A stretch of DNA of 64,000 nucleotides from an uncultured Chloroflexia bacterium (lineage in GTDB: Bacteria; Chloroflexota; Limnocylindria; QHBO01). This document shows positions 8,723-19,440 of this stretch, piece by piece. The notes under the pieces are model-generated. The model did not search any database. It saw nothing but the letters and a program-made list of their open reading frames with translations, and had not been told where the DNA came from. The stretch spans positions 640,001 through 704,000 of the forward strand of contig CAWGTN010000002.1 of NCBI GenBank assembly GCA_963825525.1, given 5' to 3'. The translations under genes and the position numbers were made by a program. The first letter of the stretch is position 1. Every line of letters starts with the position of its first letter.

Positions 8723-10045
8723 ATGATCAAGTTCCGAATGGCAGCCCCATTCATGGTGGCGGTGCTGGCGCTGAGCGCGTGCACCGGAGACAGCGGCAGC
8801 AGCGGCAGCAGTGGTGGCGACGGCAGCGACGCCGATGTGCCCGAGGGCAATGGCAGCATCGTCGTGACGTCGCTGTGGGGCGGCGCCGAAGAGGCGGCCT
8901 TCCAGGCCGTGCTCGACGCGTTCGAGGCCAAGACCGGCATCGTCGCGGAATACGAGGCAAACCGAACCGACTACGCGACCGTGCTCCGCACGCGCATCAC
9001 CGGTGGCGAGCCGCCGGACGTCGCGATCATCCCGGGTATCGGGACGCTGCGTAGCCTGGCACGCGACGGGTCGCTGATCTCGATCGCCGAGCTCGGCCTC
9101 GACCAGTCCTCGTTCGAAGGCAATTACGCCCCGGGCATCCTGGACGTCGGCGTCGTCGACGACGAGCTGTACGGGATCATGGTCAAGCTGAATTCCAAGG
9201 CGACCATCTGGTACAGCCCTGAGCGGTTCACCGAGATGGGCGTCGAGCCGGCCACGGACTTCGAGGGCCTGCTCCAGCTGACCGAGGACATCAAGGCAAC
9301 CGGCGCGACCCCGTGGTCACTGGGTGCCGGCGACAGCTGGACGCTGACCGACTTCTTCGAGGTTGCCTACCTCAAGATGCACGGGCCCGAGGCGTACGAC
9401 ACGCTGTTCAGCCCTGATGGCGACTGGACCGACGCGACGGTGCAGGCCACCATCGACAAGATGACCGAGCTGTACACCGACGACAACGTCGAGGGCGGCA
9501 TCGATGGTGCCATCGCCACGCTCTTCGTGGACGGCATCAGCAAGGTCTTCAGCACGAGCCCGTCGGCCGAGCTGTACTACGAGGGCGGATTCGTCGGCGG
9601 CATCGCCACCGGCGCTGACGTCAACCCCGACCTGGCGGGCCAGGAAGGCGATGCCATCAACTGGTTCGACTTCCCGACCATCGACGGCAACGGCGAAGGT
9701 CTCGTGACCTACGGCGGCGACGTCATGGCGGCCCTGGTGGCGGACACCGACGTCGCGGCGTTCATGGAGTACCTCACCACGGCTGAGGCCGGACAGGTCT
9801 GGGCCGAGGGCGGCACGATCATCTCGCCGATCGTCGACGTCGACACCAGCGTGTACCCGACCGTGCTGATCCAGGCCGAGGCCGAGCAGGTCACGTCCGC
9901 CGAGGCCGTGCGCTTCGACGGTTCCGACCTCCTTCCCGGCACCGACCTGGGAGCGGTGCTGCAGTCCGCGATCCGTGGAGACGACATGGGACCGATCCTG
10001 GAAGAGTTCCAGACCCTGACCGCCGCCGCGTGGGCAAGCGAGTAG
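8723..10045 (+). CDS. Sugar ABC substrate-binding lipoprotein (alpha-glucoside AglE-like)
   Basis: Lipobox LSA-C; SBP1-like sequence; RBS GGAGG. Confidence 0.9.
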   Translation: MIKFRMAAPFMVAVLALSACTGDSGSSGSSGGDGSDADVPEGNGSIVVTSLWGGAEEAAFQAVLDAFEAKTGIVAEYEANRTDYATVLRTRITGGEPPDVAIIPGIGTLRSLARDGSLISIAELGLDQSSFEGNYAPGILDVGVVDDELYGIMVKLNSKATIWYSPERFTEMGVEPATDFEGLLQLTEDIKATGATPWSLGAGDSWTLTDFFEVAYLKMHGPEAYDTLFSPDGDWTDATVQATIDKMTELYTDDNVEGGIDGAIATLFVDGISKVFSTSPSAELYYEGGFVGGIATGADVNPDLAGQEGDAINWFDFPTIDGNGEGLVTYGGDVMAALVADTDVAAFMEYLTTAEAGQVWAEGGTIISPIVDVDTSVYPTVLIQAEAEQVTSAEAVRFDGSDLLPGTDLGAVLQSAIRGDDMGPILEEFQTLTAAAWASE

Positions 10046-10054
10046 CGACCTGAC

Positions 10055-10086
10055 CGAAGGGGAGCGGCGCGTGCCGCTCCCCTTCG
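10055..10086 (+). terminator. Intra-operon stem-loop after SBP gene
   Basis: CGAAGGGGAGCGGC-gcgt-GCCGCTCCCCTTCG perfect 14-bp stem. Confidence 0.7.
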
Positions 10087-10117
10087 ACTCTCTTCCATCG
10101 GCAGCACGAAAGGAGCG

Positions 10118-11074
10118 GTGTCCATGACGGCGGCCAACCCGCCGGCGACGGGATCGGGAACCGACGACGCGAAGAGGCCCGGGGGCGGATTTCCCTGGGC
10201 AGCGTTGATCTTTCTCGGCCCTGCCGGACTGCTGCTCTTGGCGTTCCTCGCGTTCCCGACCGTCTACACGGTCTTCCTGAGCTTCAACCGCGGACGCGGT
10301 GGTGAGTTCAGCAACTGGGTCGGGTTCGACAACTGGGTGCGACTGTTCACCCAGGATCCGAACTTCCTGCGCCTCGGCTTCCCGCCGTCGGGCGCCCTCA
10401 TCAACAACGTCCTGTGGATCGTCTTCTACGTCTCGATCACGGTCCTGCTGGGCCTGATCCTGGCCGTCATGGCGACCCGCGTCCGATACGAGGCGCTGAT
10501 CAAGGGCATCGTCTTCCTCCCGCAGGCCATCGCGGCAACCTCGCTTGCCATCATCTGGCGCTTCGTCTACTCCCCCGACCCGAACACTGGCCTCATGAAC
10601 GCCATCCTCGGGATCGGCAACGTCGGGCCTGTCTCGCTTCTCGGAAACCCCGATACCGTCAACTGGGCGCTGATCGCGGTGGGCATCTGGGGATCCGTTG
10701 GTTTCGCAACCGTGATCCTGTCGGCGGCGATCAAGGGCATCTCCTCGGAGGTCCTCGAGGCGGCGCGCGTCGACGGCGCGAAGGAGACCCAGATCTTCTG
10801 GCGCATCATCGTGCCAATGGTGAGCCTCCCGATCTCGGTCGTGGCCGTGACGCTCATCGTCAACGTCATCAAGCTCTTCGACATCATCTTTGTCATGACC
10901 GCCGGTGGCCCCGGTGCGTCGAGCCGCGTGATTGCGTTCTCGATGTACCAGGAGGCCTTCCCGCAGGGCCAGTTCGGCTATGGCGCGGCCATCGCCGTCG
11001 TCATGCTCCTGCTGCTGGTGCCGGTCATGATCTTCAACATTCGGCGATTCCGAGCTGAGGCGGTGCAGTCATGA
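10118..11074 (+). CDS. Carbohydrate ABC permease (MalF-like)
   Basis: EAARVDGA motif, multiple TM; start 10118 (GTG) or 10124. Confidence 0.93.
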   Translation: MSMTAANPPATGSGTDDAKRPGGGFPWAALIFLGPAGLLLLAFLAFPTVYTVFLSFNRGRGGEFSNWVGFDNWVRLFTQDPNFLRLGFPPSGALINNVLWIVFYVSITVLLGLILAVMATRVRYEALIKGIVFLPQAIAATSLAIIWRFVYSPDPNTGLMNAILGIGNVGPVSLLGNPDTVNWALIAVGIWGSVGFATVILSAAIKGISSEVLEAARVDGAKETQIFWRIIVPMVSLPISVVAVTLIVNVIKLFDIIFVMTAGGPGASSRVIAFSMYQEAFPQGQFGYGAAIAVVMLLLLVPVMIFNIRRFRAEAVQS

Positions 11075-11964
11075 CGGCGCTCGAGGACACCACGGTCCGA
11101 TCAGAGCCACGCACCATGAGCGAGCGGCTCGCTCGCCTGGCCGGCAGCAGTCCGACGCACATCATCCTGGGGATCATCGGCCTCATCTGGCTGGTGCCGA
11201 CGATCGGGATCCTCATCACCTCCTTCCGACCCGGCGCGGACATGCGAGCGACGGGCTGGTGGACCATCCTGTTCGAGCCACGCTTCACCCTTGCCAACTA
11301 CGAGCGTGTGCTGTCCGCGGAGGGCATGGGCGGCGCGTTCCTCAACAGCCTGTTCATCGTGATCCCGTCGACGATTCTGCCGCTCGTCATTGCCTCGATG
11401 GCCGCGTACGCCTTGGCGTGGGTGAAGTTCCCGTTCCGGGACACCACGTTCCTCATCATCGTGGCGATGCTCATGGTCCCGGTCCAGGTCGGGTTCATCC
11501 CGCTCGTGACCGCGTTCCGCGAGAGCGGCACCGGGCTGCTGACGAACTACGGGGCGGTCTGGCTCGCGCACACCGCGTACGCGCTGCCGTTCGGGATCTT
11601 TCTGCTGCGGAACTTCTTCATCACCCTGCCGAAGGACCTCATCGAGGCGGCCCGCATCGACGGCGCGTCGAACGTGGCCATCTTCCGGACCATCGTGGTG
11701 CCGTTGTCCGTGCCGGCCATCGCGGCCTACGGCATCTTCCAGTTCCTGTGGACATGGAACGACCTGCTGATGTCGCTGGTGTATGCCCAGCGCAATTCGA
11801 TTCAGCCGATGACCGTGAAGATCACACAGCTGCTCGGAACGTACGCAACAGACTGGAGCCTGCTGGCAGCCGCATCCTTCCTGGTGATGATCGTGCCGCT
11901 CGTCGTCTTCATCAGCCTCCAGCGGTACTTCGTGCAGGGCTTGCTGGCGGGCTCCGTCAAGTAG
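11071..11964 (+). CDS. Carbohydrate ABC permease (MalG-like)
   Basis: EAARIDGA, FLWTWND, QRYFVQGL. Confidence 0.93.
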   Translation: MTALEDTTVRSEPRTMSERLARLAGSSPTHIILGIIGLIWLVPTIGILITSFRPGADMRATGWWTILFEPRFTLANYERVLSAEGMGGAFLNSLFIVIPSTILPLVIASMAAYALAWVKFPFRDTTFLIIVAMLMVPVQVGFIPLVTAFRESGTGLLTNYGAVWLAHTAYALPFGIFLLRNFFITLPKDLIEAARIDGASNVAIFRTIVVPLSVPAIAAYGIFQFLWTWNDLLMSLVYAQRNSIQPMTVKITQLLGTYATDWSLLAAASFLVMIVPLVVFISLQRYFVQGLLAGSVK

Positions 11965-12782
11965 TGGAGGCGACGCTGCGCGTCGTCAGCTGGAACATTC
12001 GCGCCGCCATCGGCCCGGGACCATTCCCGGACCGGTGGTGGTCCCACATCGACGCCGATCGTCTTCGGGCAATCGGCGCGTTCATTGCCTCGCTGGACCC
12101 GGACATCGTGGCGCTCCAGGAAGTTGCGTCGTTGTCGCGTGACGGCGACCTCGTGGATCAACCGGGCGACCTGGCACGCCAGCTGGACATGGATGTCCGA
12201 TTCGGGGCGGTGCGCTCCTTCTCGGTCATCGACGCGGGCGCAACGAACGGTGCCGGCATCTTCGGCAACGCACTGCTGTCGCGCGCTCCGATCGGTCACG
12301 CGAAGGTCGTGGCCCTCCCGGCGGCCCCGACGGACGATCTCATCGAACCGATCGGCGCGGATCACGCTGCGGCCGGCGTGCGCTGGGCCGATGCGTCACC
12401 CACCATCCGCGAACCAAGGTGCATCGTCCTTGCCGATGTCGCCTGGCTGCGCGTCGGGAGCGCGCACCTCAGCCACGTCGGGTCCGGGGAACGGCGCCTC
12501 CAGGCACAGGCCATCGACGCCGCGTTCGACGGAGCAGCTCCGGCGCTGCTTCTCGCCGATCTGAACGCGCGAATCGATGCGCCGGAGCTCGCCCCGCTCG
12601 CCGGCTGGGACGACGGGTTTCCCGCCGCGGCCGGCGACCCCGCACGCGTCTCCACTGATGACGGGATGTCGATCGACCAGCTCCTGACCCGCAGTGCGTC
12701 CGTGGGCGGGTGTCGGGTCGACCGGCGATCGGGCGAGCTCAGCGACCACTACCCCATCGTCGCCGATATCACGCTCGGCTGA
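11964..12782 (+). CDS. Endonuclease/exonuclease/phosphatase family protein
   Basis: SWNI, DIVALQEV, GNALLSR, ADLN, SDHYP; GTG overlaps upstream stop. Confidence 0.88.
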   Translation: MEATLRVVSWNIRAAIGPGPFPDRWWSHIDADRLRAIGAFIASLDPDIVALQEVASLSRDGDLVDQPGDLARQLDMDVRFGAVRSFSVIDAGATNGAGIFGNALLSRAPIGHAKVVALPAAPTDDLIEPIGADHAAAGVRWADASPTIREPRCIVLADVAWLRVGSAHLSHVGSGERRLQAQAIDAAFDGAAPALLLADLNARIDAPELAPLAGWDDGFPAAAGDPARVSTDDGMSIDQLLTRSASVGGCRVDRRSGELSDHYPIVADITLG

Positions 12783-12844
12783 GCATTCGCACCTACGTCA
12801 ATCGGCGTAGGCGGAGGCCGGCCCGAGCCGCTAGGCTCGGCACG

Positions 12845-15688
12845 ATGACGACCGACGCCGCGCCCCGCGGCCCCGCCACCATCCATCTCGTCCCCCACAC
12901 CCACTGGGATCGCGAGTGGTACCGCCCCTTTCAGAGCTTCCGGATGCAGCTGGTCGACATGGTCGACCGCGTGCTCGACATGCTCGAGGCGGAGCCGAAC
13001 TTCGCCTTCACCCTGGACGGCCAGCTCGCGACCGTCGACGACTACCTGGAGATCCGCCCTGAGCAGACTGAACGGCTGAAGGGACATGTTGCCAGCGGCC
13101 GGCTGGCCATCGGCCCGTGGCTGATCCTCATGGACGAGTTCCTGGTGAGCGGCGAGACGCTGGTCCGCAACCTGGAGATGGGATGGGCGCGCGCCCGAGA
13201 CTTCGGCGAGCCGATGCACGTCGGCTATCTGCCGGACATGTTCGGCCACGTGGCGCAGATGCCCCAGATCCTGCGCCGCGCCGGACTGGCCGATGCCGTG
13301 GTCTGGCGAGGCGTCCCCGCCTCGATTGACAGTCACGCGTTTCGATGGGAGAGCCCCGACGGGTCGTCGGTTCGCGCCGAGTACCTGCCGGTCGGCTACG
13401 GCAACGCGGCCGGCATGTTCGCGGTGCCCGACCGACTCGACGCCGCCGTGGAGCGCTTCATCGCCTGGGGCCGGCCATGGTTCGCCGATGACCCGATGCT
13501 GGCCATGTACGGGGCGGATCACACCGCACCGGTCCCCGAGCTCGCCGCGTTCGTCAGCCGCCTGAACGAGGTCCAGGACGCCAGCCGCATGCAGGTCTCC
13601 ACGCTCGCCGGCTACCTCGACGCTGCTCCAGCGCTATCTCCGGATGCACCGGTCTGGCGCGGCGAGATGCGCTCCGGGGCACGCGCCAACGTTCTCATGG
13701 GCGTGGCCAGCGCACGAATCGACATCAAGCAGGCGGCCGGCCGCGCCGAGACGGCGCTCGAACGGTACGCGGAGCCGATGAGCGCGCTCCACCTGTCGGC
13801 CGAAGGGTGGCCGGCGTCATTCCTGCGACTCGCCTGGCGCCGGGTGGTCGAGAACAGCGCCCACGACTCCATCTGCGGATGCAGCGTGGACCCGGTGGTG
13901 AGCCAGGTGCTCGTTCGCTTCGCCGAGGCCCACCAGGTGGCCGACAATCTCGCTCGCCGGGCAGCGGCGGCGTGCGCGGTGGCCGCCCCAGTCGGCTCCA
14001 TCGTGGCGCTCAACCCCTCACCGGCTCCCCGACGTGACCTCGTGACCGCCGAGCTGCTGGTCCCCGAGGCATGGACCGATGTCGCGCTCGAGCTGGCCGA
14101 CGGCACGCGGGTCGCCACCCAGGAGCTGGACCGCAAGGTTCCGCTGCTGTTCGACGCCGAGATTCGTGGCGACCAAGCGGACGACCTGTTCCGGCGCTTC
14201 CACGGCCGCGAAATCTTCGACCACGCCTGGAACGGGTACCGAATTGACGAGCGCACGATCACGCTCGAGGTGGACGCCGATCCCGATCCCGCGTGGCTGG
14301 ATGTCGACGAGCTGCGCGCCGAGGTCACCGCGGCGATGCGCGCCGCTCCTGACGATGCGTGGCGCGTCCGCATCGTGGCGAGCCCTCGCCGCACGCTCGC
14401 GGCTTCGGTCCCGGCACCCGCCCTCGGCTGGACGGCGGCGCGCGCGGTCCAAGGCTATGGGGACCTCGCGGATGGCGTCCGAACCACGCCGGATGAACGG
14501 ACGCTGGCCAACGGCCTGCTGGAGGTCTCGATCGCGGAAGATGGAACCGTCCGATTGACGACCGCGGACGGCGTGACCGCCGACGGGATCGGCCGCATCG
14601 TGGACGGTGGTGACTTCGGCGACTCGTACAACTACGGTCCGCCACGGGCCGACTCGCTGATCGACACGCCGACCTCCGTTGCGGTGCGGGCTGACCTGCT
14701 CGGACCGGTCCGTGGCCGTCTCGTGGTCACGCGGACCTACGGGTGGCCCTCCGGTCTCGCGCCGGATGGCGGGTCGCGCACCTCCGACAGCCACCTCACC
14801 GAGGTGGTGACCGAGGTGGAGCTGCGCGTCGGCGAGCCGTTCGTGCGCATCGGCATCCGATTCGACAACCAGTCGGACGATCATCGGGTCCGCTTCCACG
14901 TGCCACTGCCACGTTCAGCCGATACGTCCCGGGCGGAAGGCCAGTTCGCCGTCGTCGAGCGTGGAATGACCGGCGAGGGAGGCTACCGAGAGGAGCCACT
15001 GGCCACCTATCCGGCCCACGGCTGGGTCGATGCGGGCGGCATGGCGCTGCTCCTGGGGCACCTATCCGAATACGAGCTGCTCGAGAGCTCGACAGGCTCA
15101 TCGGGTCGCGAGCTGGCCGTCACCCTGCTGCGCTCGACGGGCCTGATCAGCCGCAACGACAATCCGTATCGGCAGGACCCGGCCGGGCCCGAGATGGCCA
15201 TCCCGGCCGCACAGATGCGCGGCCGATGGAGCTTCGAGCTCGCGCTCATGCCACACGGCGGCGACTGGATCGAGGGCGGCGTGGCCGCCGCGGCCGAGCG
15301 CTACCGCCATCCGTTCGTCGTCGCACCCGGGACCTCGGGAGCGGGCGCTGACTGGCCACCCTCGGCGGCCGGGGCCGATGCGCTTCTCCTGACGGGTGAC
15401 CAGGTTGTCCTCAGCTCACTGCGGCGCCGCCCCGATGGCTGGGTCGAGGCGCGGGTGGTGAACCTGGCGTCAGAGCCGCGAGACATCGAGATGGGCCCTG
15501 GTATCCGCGAGGCCCGGGAGGCCGATCTGCACGGGACCGCCGGCGCGACCATCCCGATTTCATCGGGCGCCGCGCTCCGTCTGACACTCGGCGCGGCCGA
15601 GATTCGGACGGTCCAGCTGCGCCGTACCGAGACGGCGCCCTCCAGCGCGGATCTGCTCGACGCGTCCGGACCTCGCCACAGGCCATGA
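12845..15688 (+). CDS. GH38 alpha-mannosidase (MngB-like)
   Basis: HTHWDREWY, LDGQ, GPW, YLPDMFGH, HDSICGCS. Confidence 0.92.
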   Translation: MTTDAAPRGPATIHLVPHTHWDREWYRPFQSFRMQLVDMVDRVLDMLEAEPNFAFTLDGQLATVDDYLEIRPEQTERLKGHVASGRLAIGPWLILMDEFLVSGETLVRNLEMGWARARDFGEPMHVGYLPDMFGHVAQMPQILRRAGLADAVVWRGVPASIDSHAFRWESPDGSSVRAEYLPVGYGNAAGMFAVPDRLDAAVERFIAWGRPWFADDPMLAMYGADHTAPVPELAAFVSRLNEVQDASRMQVSTLAGYLDAAPALSPDAPVWRGEMRSGARANVLMGVASARIDIKQAAGRAETALERYAEPMSALHLSAEGWPASFLRLAWRRVVENSAHDSICGCSVDPVVSQVLVRFAEAHQVADNLARRAAAACAVAAPVGSIVALNPSPAPRRDLVTAELLVPEAWTDVALELADGTRVATQELDRKVPLLFDAEIRGDQADDLFRRFHGREIFDHAWNGYRIDERTITLEVDADPDPAWLDVDELRAEVTAAMRAAPDDAWRVRIVASPRRTLAASVPAPALGWTAARAVQGYGDLADGVRTTPDERTLANGLLEVSIAEDGTVRLTTADGVTADGIGRIVDGGDFGDSYNYGPPRADSLIDTPTSVAVRADLLGPVRGRLVVTRTYGWPSGLAPDGGSRTSDSHLTEVVTEVELRVGEPFVRIGIRFDNQSDDHRVRFHVPLPRSADTSRAEGQFAVVERGMTGEGGYREEPLATYPAHGWVDAGGMALLLGHLSEYELLESSTGSSGRELAVTLLRSTGLISRNDNPYRQDPAGPEMAIPAAQMRGRWSFELALMPHGGDWIEGGVAAAAERYRHPFVVAPGTSGAGADWPPSAAGADALLLTGDQVVLSSLRRRPDGWVEARVVNLASEPRDIEMGPGIREAREADLHGTAGATIPISSGAALRLTLGAAEIRTVQLRRTETAPSSADLLDASGPRHRP

Positions 15689-15720
15689 TCGCGCGGTAGG
15701 ATGTGCCTTCTCAGGCCCAA

Positions 15721-16161
15721 ATGAACGCAAGCGCACGGAGGATCACGTCGGTGGAGCTGGAGCAGCAGCTGGCATCCGTTCCGCTCCTGGCGGGACTCAA
15801 CAACCGCATTCGCCGTCGCCTGGCCGAGACCGGCAAGCGACGCACCTACGCCGCGGGCGACGAGATCGTTCGCGAGGGCTCGAGCGGCACGGCGCTCTAC
15901 ATCGTCCTCAGCGGTGAGGGGCGCGTCGAGCGCGGCGGCGAACGGCTCGGAAGCGTCAGGTCCGGGGACTTCTTCGGCGAGCTGGCGCTCATCGAGGAGC
16001 ATCCGCGATCCGCATCGGTGATTGCCGAGAGCGAGACCGAGTGCCTCCTCTTCCCGGCATGGGAGTTCACCGCGCTCCTCGACGAGCATCCGGAGATCGC
16101 GGTACCCATCATGCGAGCTCTCATCACACGGCTCCACAAGCGCGAGCACCACGGGGCCTGA
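15721..16161 (+). CDS. Stand-alone cyclic nucleotide-binding domain protein
   Basis: FFGELAL...PRSASV phosphate-binding cassette; start 15703 or 15721. Confidence 0.88.
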   Translation: MNASARRITSVELEQQLASVPLLAGLNNRIRRRLAETGKRRTYAAGDEIVREGSSGTALYIVLSGEGRVERGGERLGSVRSGDFFGELALIEEHPRSASVIAESETECLLFPAWEFTALLDEHPEIAVPIMRALITRLHKREHHGA

Positions 16162-16174
16162 TCCGGCCGGACCG

Positions 16175-16879
16175 TTGAGCGAGCGCGTCGTCGTCGAGGT
16201 CGCTGCGAAGCGATCGTTCGCCAGCGCGCTGGATTGGCCCGGCTGGGCCCGCAGCGGTGCATCCGAGGCCGCTGCCATCGAGGCGCTGCTCGGCCACGCG
16301 TCACGCTACGCGCGCGTCGTCGGCCGCACCGACCTCCCGTTCCGGTCGCCTGCCGATGCCACGGCGCTCGAGATCGTCGAGCGGGTCGATGGCGGCAGCA
16401 CCACGGAGTTCGGTGCACCCGGTGCCGTGGCGCTGGCCGACGCGGATGAGCTCAGCAGCGCGGACCTCGAGCGACTCGTCGTCCTGATCCGCGCAGCGTG
16501 GGACGCCTTCGACGCTGCGGCGCAGGCGGCGAGCGGCATCGAGCTGACCACCGGACCGCGTGGCGGGGGCCGCGAGCTCGACAAGATCCTCACGCACGTC
16601 CGCGAGGCGGAGGCCGGCTACCTGGGCATGCTCGGCTCTCGCCCACCCGCCACGAATGACGATCCATCCGAGGCCATGGCCGCAATCCGCGGCGCGTTCA
16701 TCGAGACGCTGACGGCAGTTGCCACCGGCGCCGAGATTCCCAACCCCCGGCGCACCAAGCGTCCGTGGCCCCCGCGCTATGCCGTGCGGCGCGCTGCGTG
16801 GCACGCGCTTGACCACGCCTGGGAGATCGAGGATCGGGCTGGCCTGGCTGCCGACGGCTCTGGGCCACCATCCGACTGA
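16175..16879 (+). CDS. Hypothetical protein, DinB-like C-terminus
   Basis: ASALDWPGWAR, HVREAE, RRAAWHALDHAWEIED; TTG start assumed. Confidence 0.7.
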   Translation: MSERVVVEVAAKRSFASALDWPGWARSGASEAAAIEALLGHASRYARVVGRTDLPFRSPADATALEIVERVDGGSTTEFGAPGAVALADADELSSADLERLVVLIRAAWDAFDAAAQAASGIELTTGPRGGGRELDKILTHVREAEAGYLGMLGSRPPATNDDPSEAMAAIRGAFIETLTAVATGAEIPNPRRTKRPWPPRYAVRRAAWHALDHAWEIEDRAGLAADGSGPPSD

Positions 16880-16891
16880 ACTATCGGATTC

Positions 16892-17684
16892 TCAGGCCAG
16901 CCGGGTGAGGATCGCCTCCCGATCGAAGATCCAGCTGCCGACGGCCAGCACGAGCCCGATGAGCAGCGCGACCACGAGGTCGCCGATGATCACCTGCTGC
17001 ATGGTGAATGACGCCTGCCCGCTGAAGAATCCGGCGATCGCCACCCCGATCACCGGCAGCACGATGAAGCCGCCGATCTGCTGCGCCGTCCGAGCGTCGT
17101 TCACGCGCGACGACACCACGATCCCCAGCAGCACGCTCAGCAGGCAGATGAGTGGCACCAGGGTCAGCATGGCGACCTTCCAGACGTCGTTGAAGATGAG
17201 CTTCGTCAATGCCGGATCCGCGATCGCGCCGTTGACCAGGCCGTACAGGAGGAAGACGATCCAGGTGGCCAGCACGGCCGGCGCCGCGGCGCTGATCGCT
17301 TTGCCCGCGAGGAGCTCACTGACCTCCATCGGCGTCGCCAGCTGCGGCTCGAGAGACCGAGCCGTCTTCTCGCCGATGACCGACTGGGTGGCGATCGCCA
17401 TCGGCACCATGGCCGGGATGAGGAGGAAATAGGCCATGAAGTTCAGTACGATGAAACCCTGGGCCGCCAGCTTGGGCGAGAGGTCCGGGAACTGGCTGAT
17501 GTACTGCTGAATCTGGCCCATCTGCTGTCGGATCGAGCTCGTTGATCTGGATGAATGCCACGATGCCGGTCGGGATCGAGGCGAAGATGAGGGCCGGAAA
17601 GACCACCGCGCCCAGCAGCAGCCGATTGGCGAGGAGGTCGCGAACCTCCTTGCCGAGCACGGCCGCGATCATCCACGGACGCAT
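16892..17684 (-). pseudogene. ABC-2 type exporter permease, one frameshift (~17528)
   Basis: N-terminus KEVRDLL in ORF 17316..17684 and GEKTARSLEPQLATP half in ORF 16892..17521; likely sequencing error. Confidence 0.75.
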
Positions 17685-18631
17685 CAGGCACCTCCCGTCC
17701 CGCGGCGCCGGCCTCGCCGACCAGGTCCAGGTACACCTGCTCGAGGGTGGCCGCCTCCTCGTTGACCGCCACGATCCGCGCCCCTGCCGCCGACAAGCGC
17801 GCGAACGAGCTCCGGATTGTCGCCGCGCGGGTCACGAACCTCGACCCGCAGCGTTCCGTCCACCGCCTGAGCCGCTTCCACGAACGGCAGCTCGGCCAGC
17901 ATGTCCAGGAACGAGGCGGGCCGGCGCGCCCCGACCAGCTCGACGCGGACCTGTGCCGAACGGCCCTGCCGGCGCAGACGGGCCGGCGTGTCCACCAGGA
18001 GCAGCGTGCTGCGCATGATCCCGATGCGGTCGCACAGGCGCTCCGCCTCGTCGAGGTTGTGGGTGCAGACCACGATCGAGCGGCCGGCGTCGCGCAGGGT
18101 GGCCACGAAGTCGCGGACCATCTTGGCCGCCGACGGGTCGAGTGCGCTGGTCGGCTCGTCGAGGTAGACGACCTCCGGCTCGTGGAGCAGGGCGCGGGCG
18201 ATTGCCACCTTCTGCCGCATCCCCTTGCTGAACCCGCCGACCCGGCGGTCGCCGGCATCCGGCAAGCCGACAATCGCCAGGTAGCGATCGACGGCACGAC
18301 GCAGGTTGGCGCCGCGCAGGCCGTAGAGGCGGCCGTAGTACCCGAGGTTCTGGCGCGCCGTCAGCTTGTCGTGCAGGCCGGGGGCCTCGGTGAGGATGCC
18401 GGTCGTCGCCCGGATCCGCTGGGAGTCCGTCGCCGAGCGTCATGCCGTTGATGCGGGCCGGCCCGTCGGACGGCCCGATCAGACCGGCCAGCATGCGCAC
18501 CGAGGTGGTCTTGCCGGCGCCGTTCGGCCCCAGGATGCCGAAGATCTCGCCGTCGCCGACCGTGAAGCTGAGGTCACGCACGGCGGTCGAGCGTCGCGAA
18601 AGCGCTTCGTGAGCCCGATCGACTCGATCAT
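17684..18631 (-). pseudogene. ABC exporter ATPase, multiple frameshifts (~18590, ~18428, ~17790)
   Basis: GPNGAGKT, FSKGMRQK, YLDEPT and TLEQVYL tail distributed over several frames. Confidence 0.75.
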
Positions 18632-19419
18632 CGGACCAGCGCTCGATCCAGGATCCCGCCGAGGCGAGCCCACACGCGTTCGCCGGCGCCGGGCCGCCCG
18701 TCGCCGGTGAGCGCCCGGTCGAAGGCCCGCGTCCCGCGACGTTCGTCCGCCGCCACCACGCCGTCCGAGAGGCGGACCACGCGGTCCGTCGCTCCGGCGA
18801 TGCCGGCGTCGTGGGTCACGATGATGATCGTCACCCCGCGCTCGCGGTTCAGGCCGCGCAGCGTGCTCATGATGCTCTCCGAGGTGGCCGAGTCGAGCTC
18901 GCCGGTCGGCTCATCGGCCAGGACCACCGCCGGGTCGTTCACCAGGGCGCGCGCGATTGCCACGCGCTGCTGCTCTCCGCCGGACAGCTCGGTCGGGCGA
19001 TGGCCGGCCCGGTCGGCGAGCCCGACCAGCTCGAGCAGCGCCACGGCCTCGCGGCGCGCCCCGCGGCGTCGCGGACCGTAGCGCAGCGGCAGCATGACGT
19101 TCTCGATGGCGGTGAGCGTCGGGATGAGGTTGAACTCCTGGAACACGAAGCCGATGCGCTCTCGGCGAATCGTGGCCAACTCGCCATCGGACGCGCCGAT
19201 GACGGTGCGGCCATCGATCGCCAGCTCCCCGTCGGTCGGTCGCAGGAGGCATCCCAGCAGATCCAGCAGCGTCGTCTTGCCCGAGCCGGATCGGCCCATG
19301 ATCGCCATGAACTCCCCCGCCTCGCACCCGAAGCAGATGCCGTCCACCGCGCGGACCTCGCTCGCGCCGCGCCGGTAGACCTTCCTCAGGTCGGCCGCTT
19401 CCAGGATGACGTCGGTCAT
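18628..19419 (-). CDS. LolD/MacB-type ABC ATPase
   Basis: GRSGSGKT, LSGGEQQR, LADEPTGELD. Confidence 0.93.
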   Translation of the reverse strand: MTDVILEAADLRKVYRRGASEVRAVDGICFGCEAGEFMAIMGRSGSGKTTLLDLLGCLLRPTDGELAIDGRTVIGASDGELATIRRERIGFVFQEFNLIPTLTAIENVMLPLRYGPRRRGARREAVALLELVGLADRAGHRPTELSGGEQQRVAIARALVNDPAVVLADEPTGELDSATSESIMSTLRGLNRERGVTIIIVTHDAGIAGATDRVVRLSDGVVAADERRGTRAFDRALTGDGRPGAGERVWARLGGILDRALVR

Positions 19420-19440
19420 CAGGCTGATCGTCCTGCGGCT

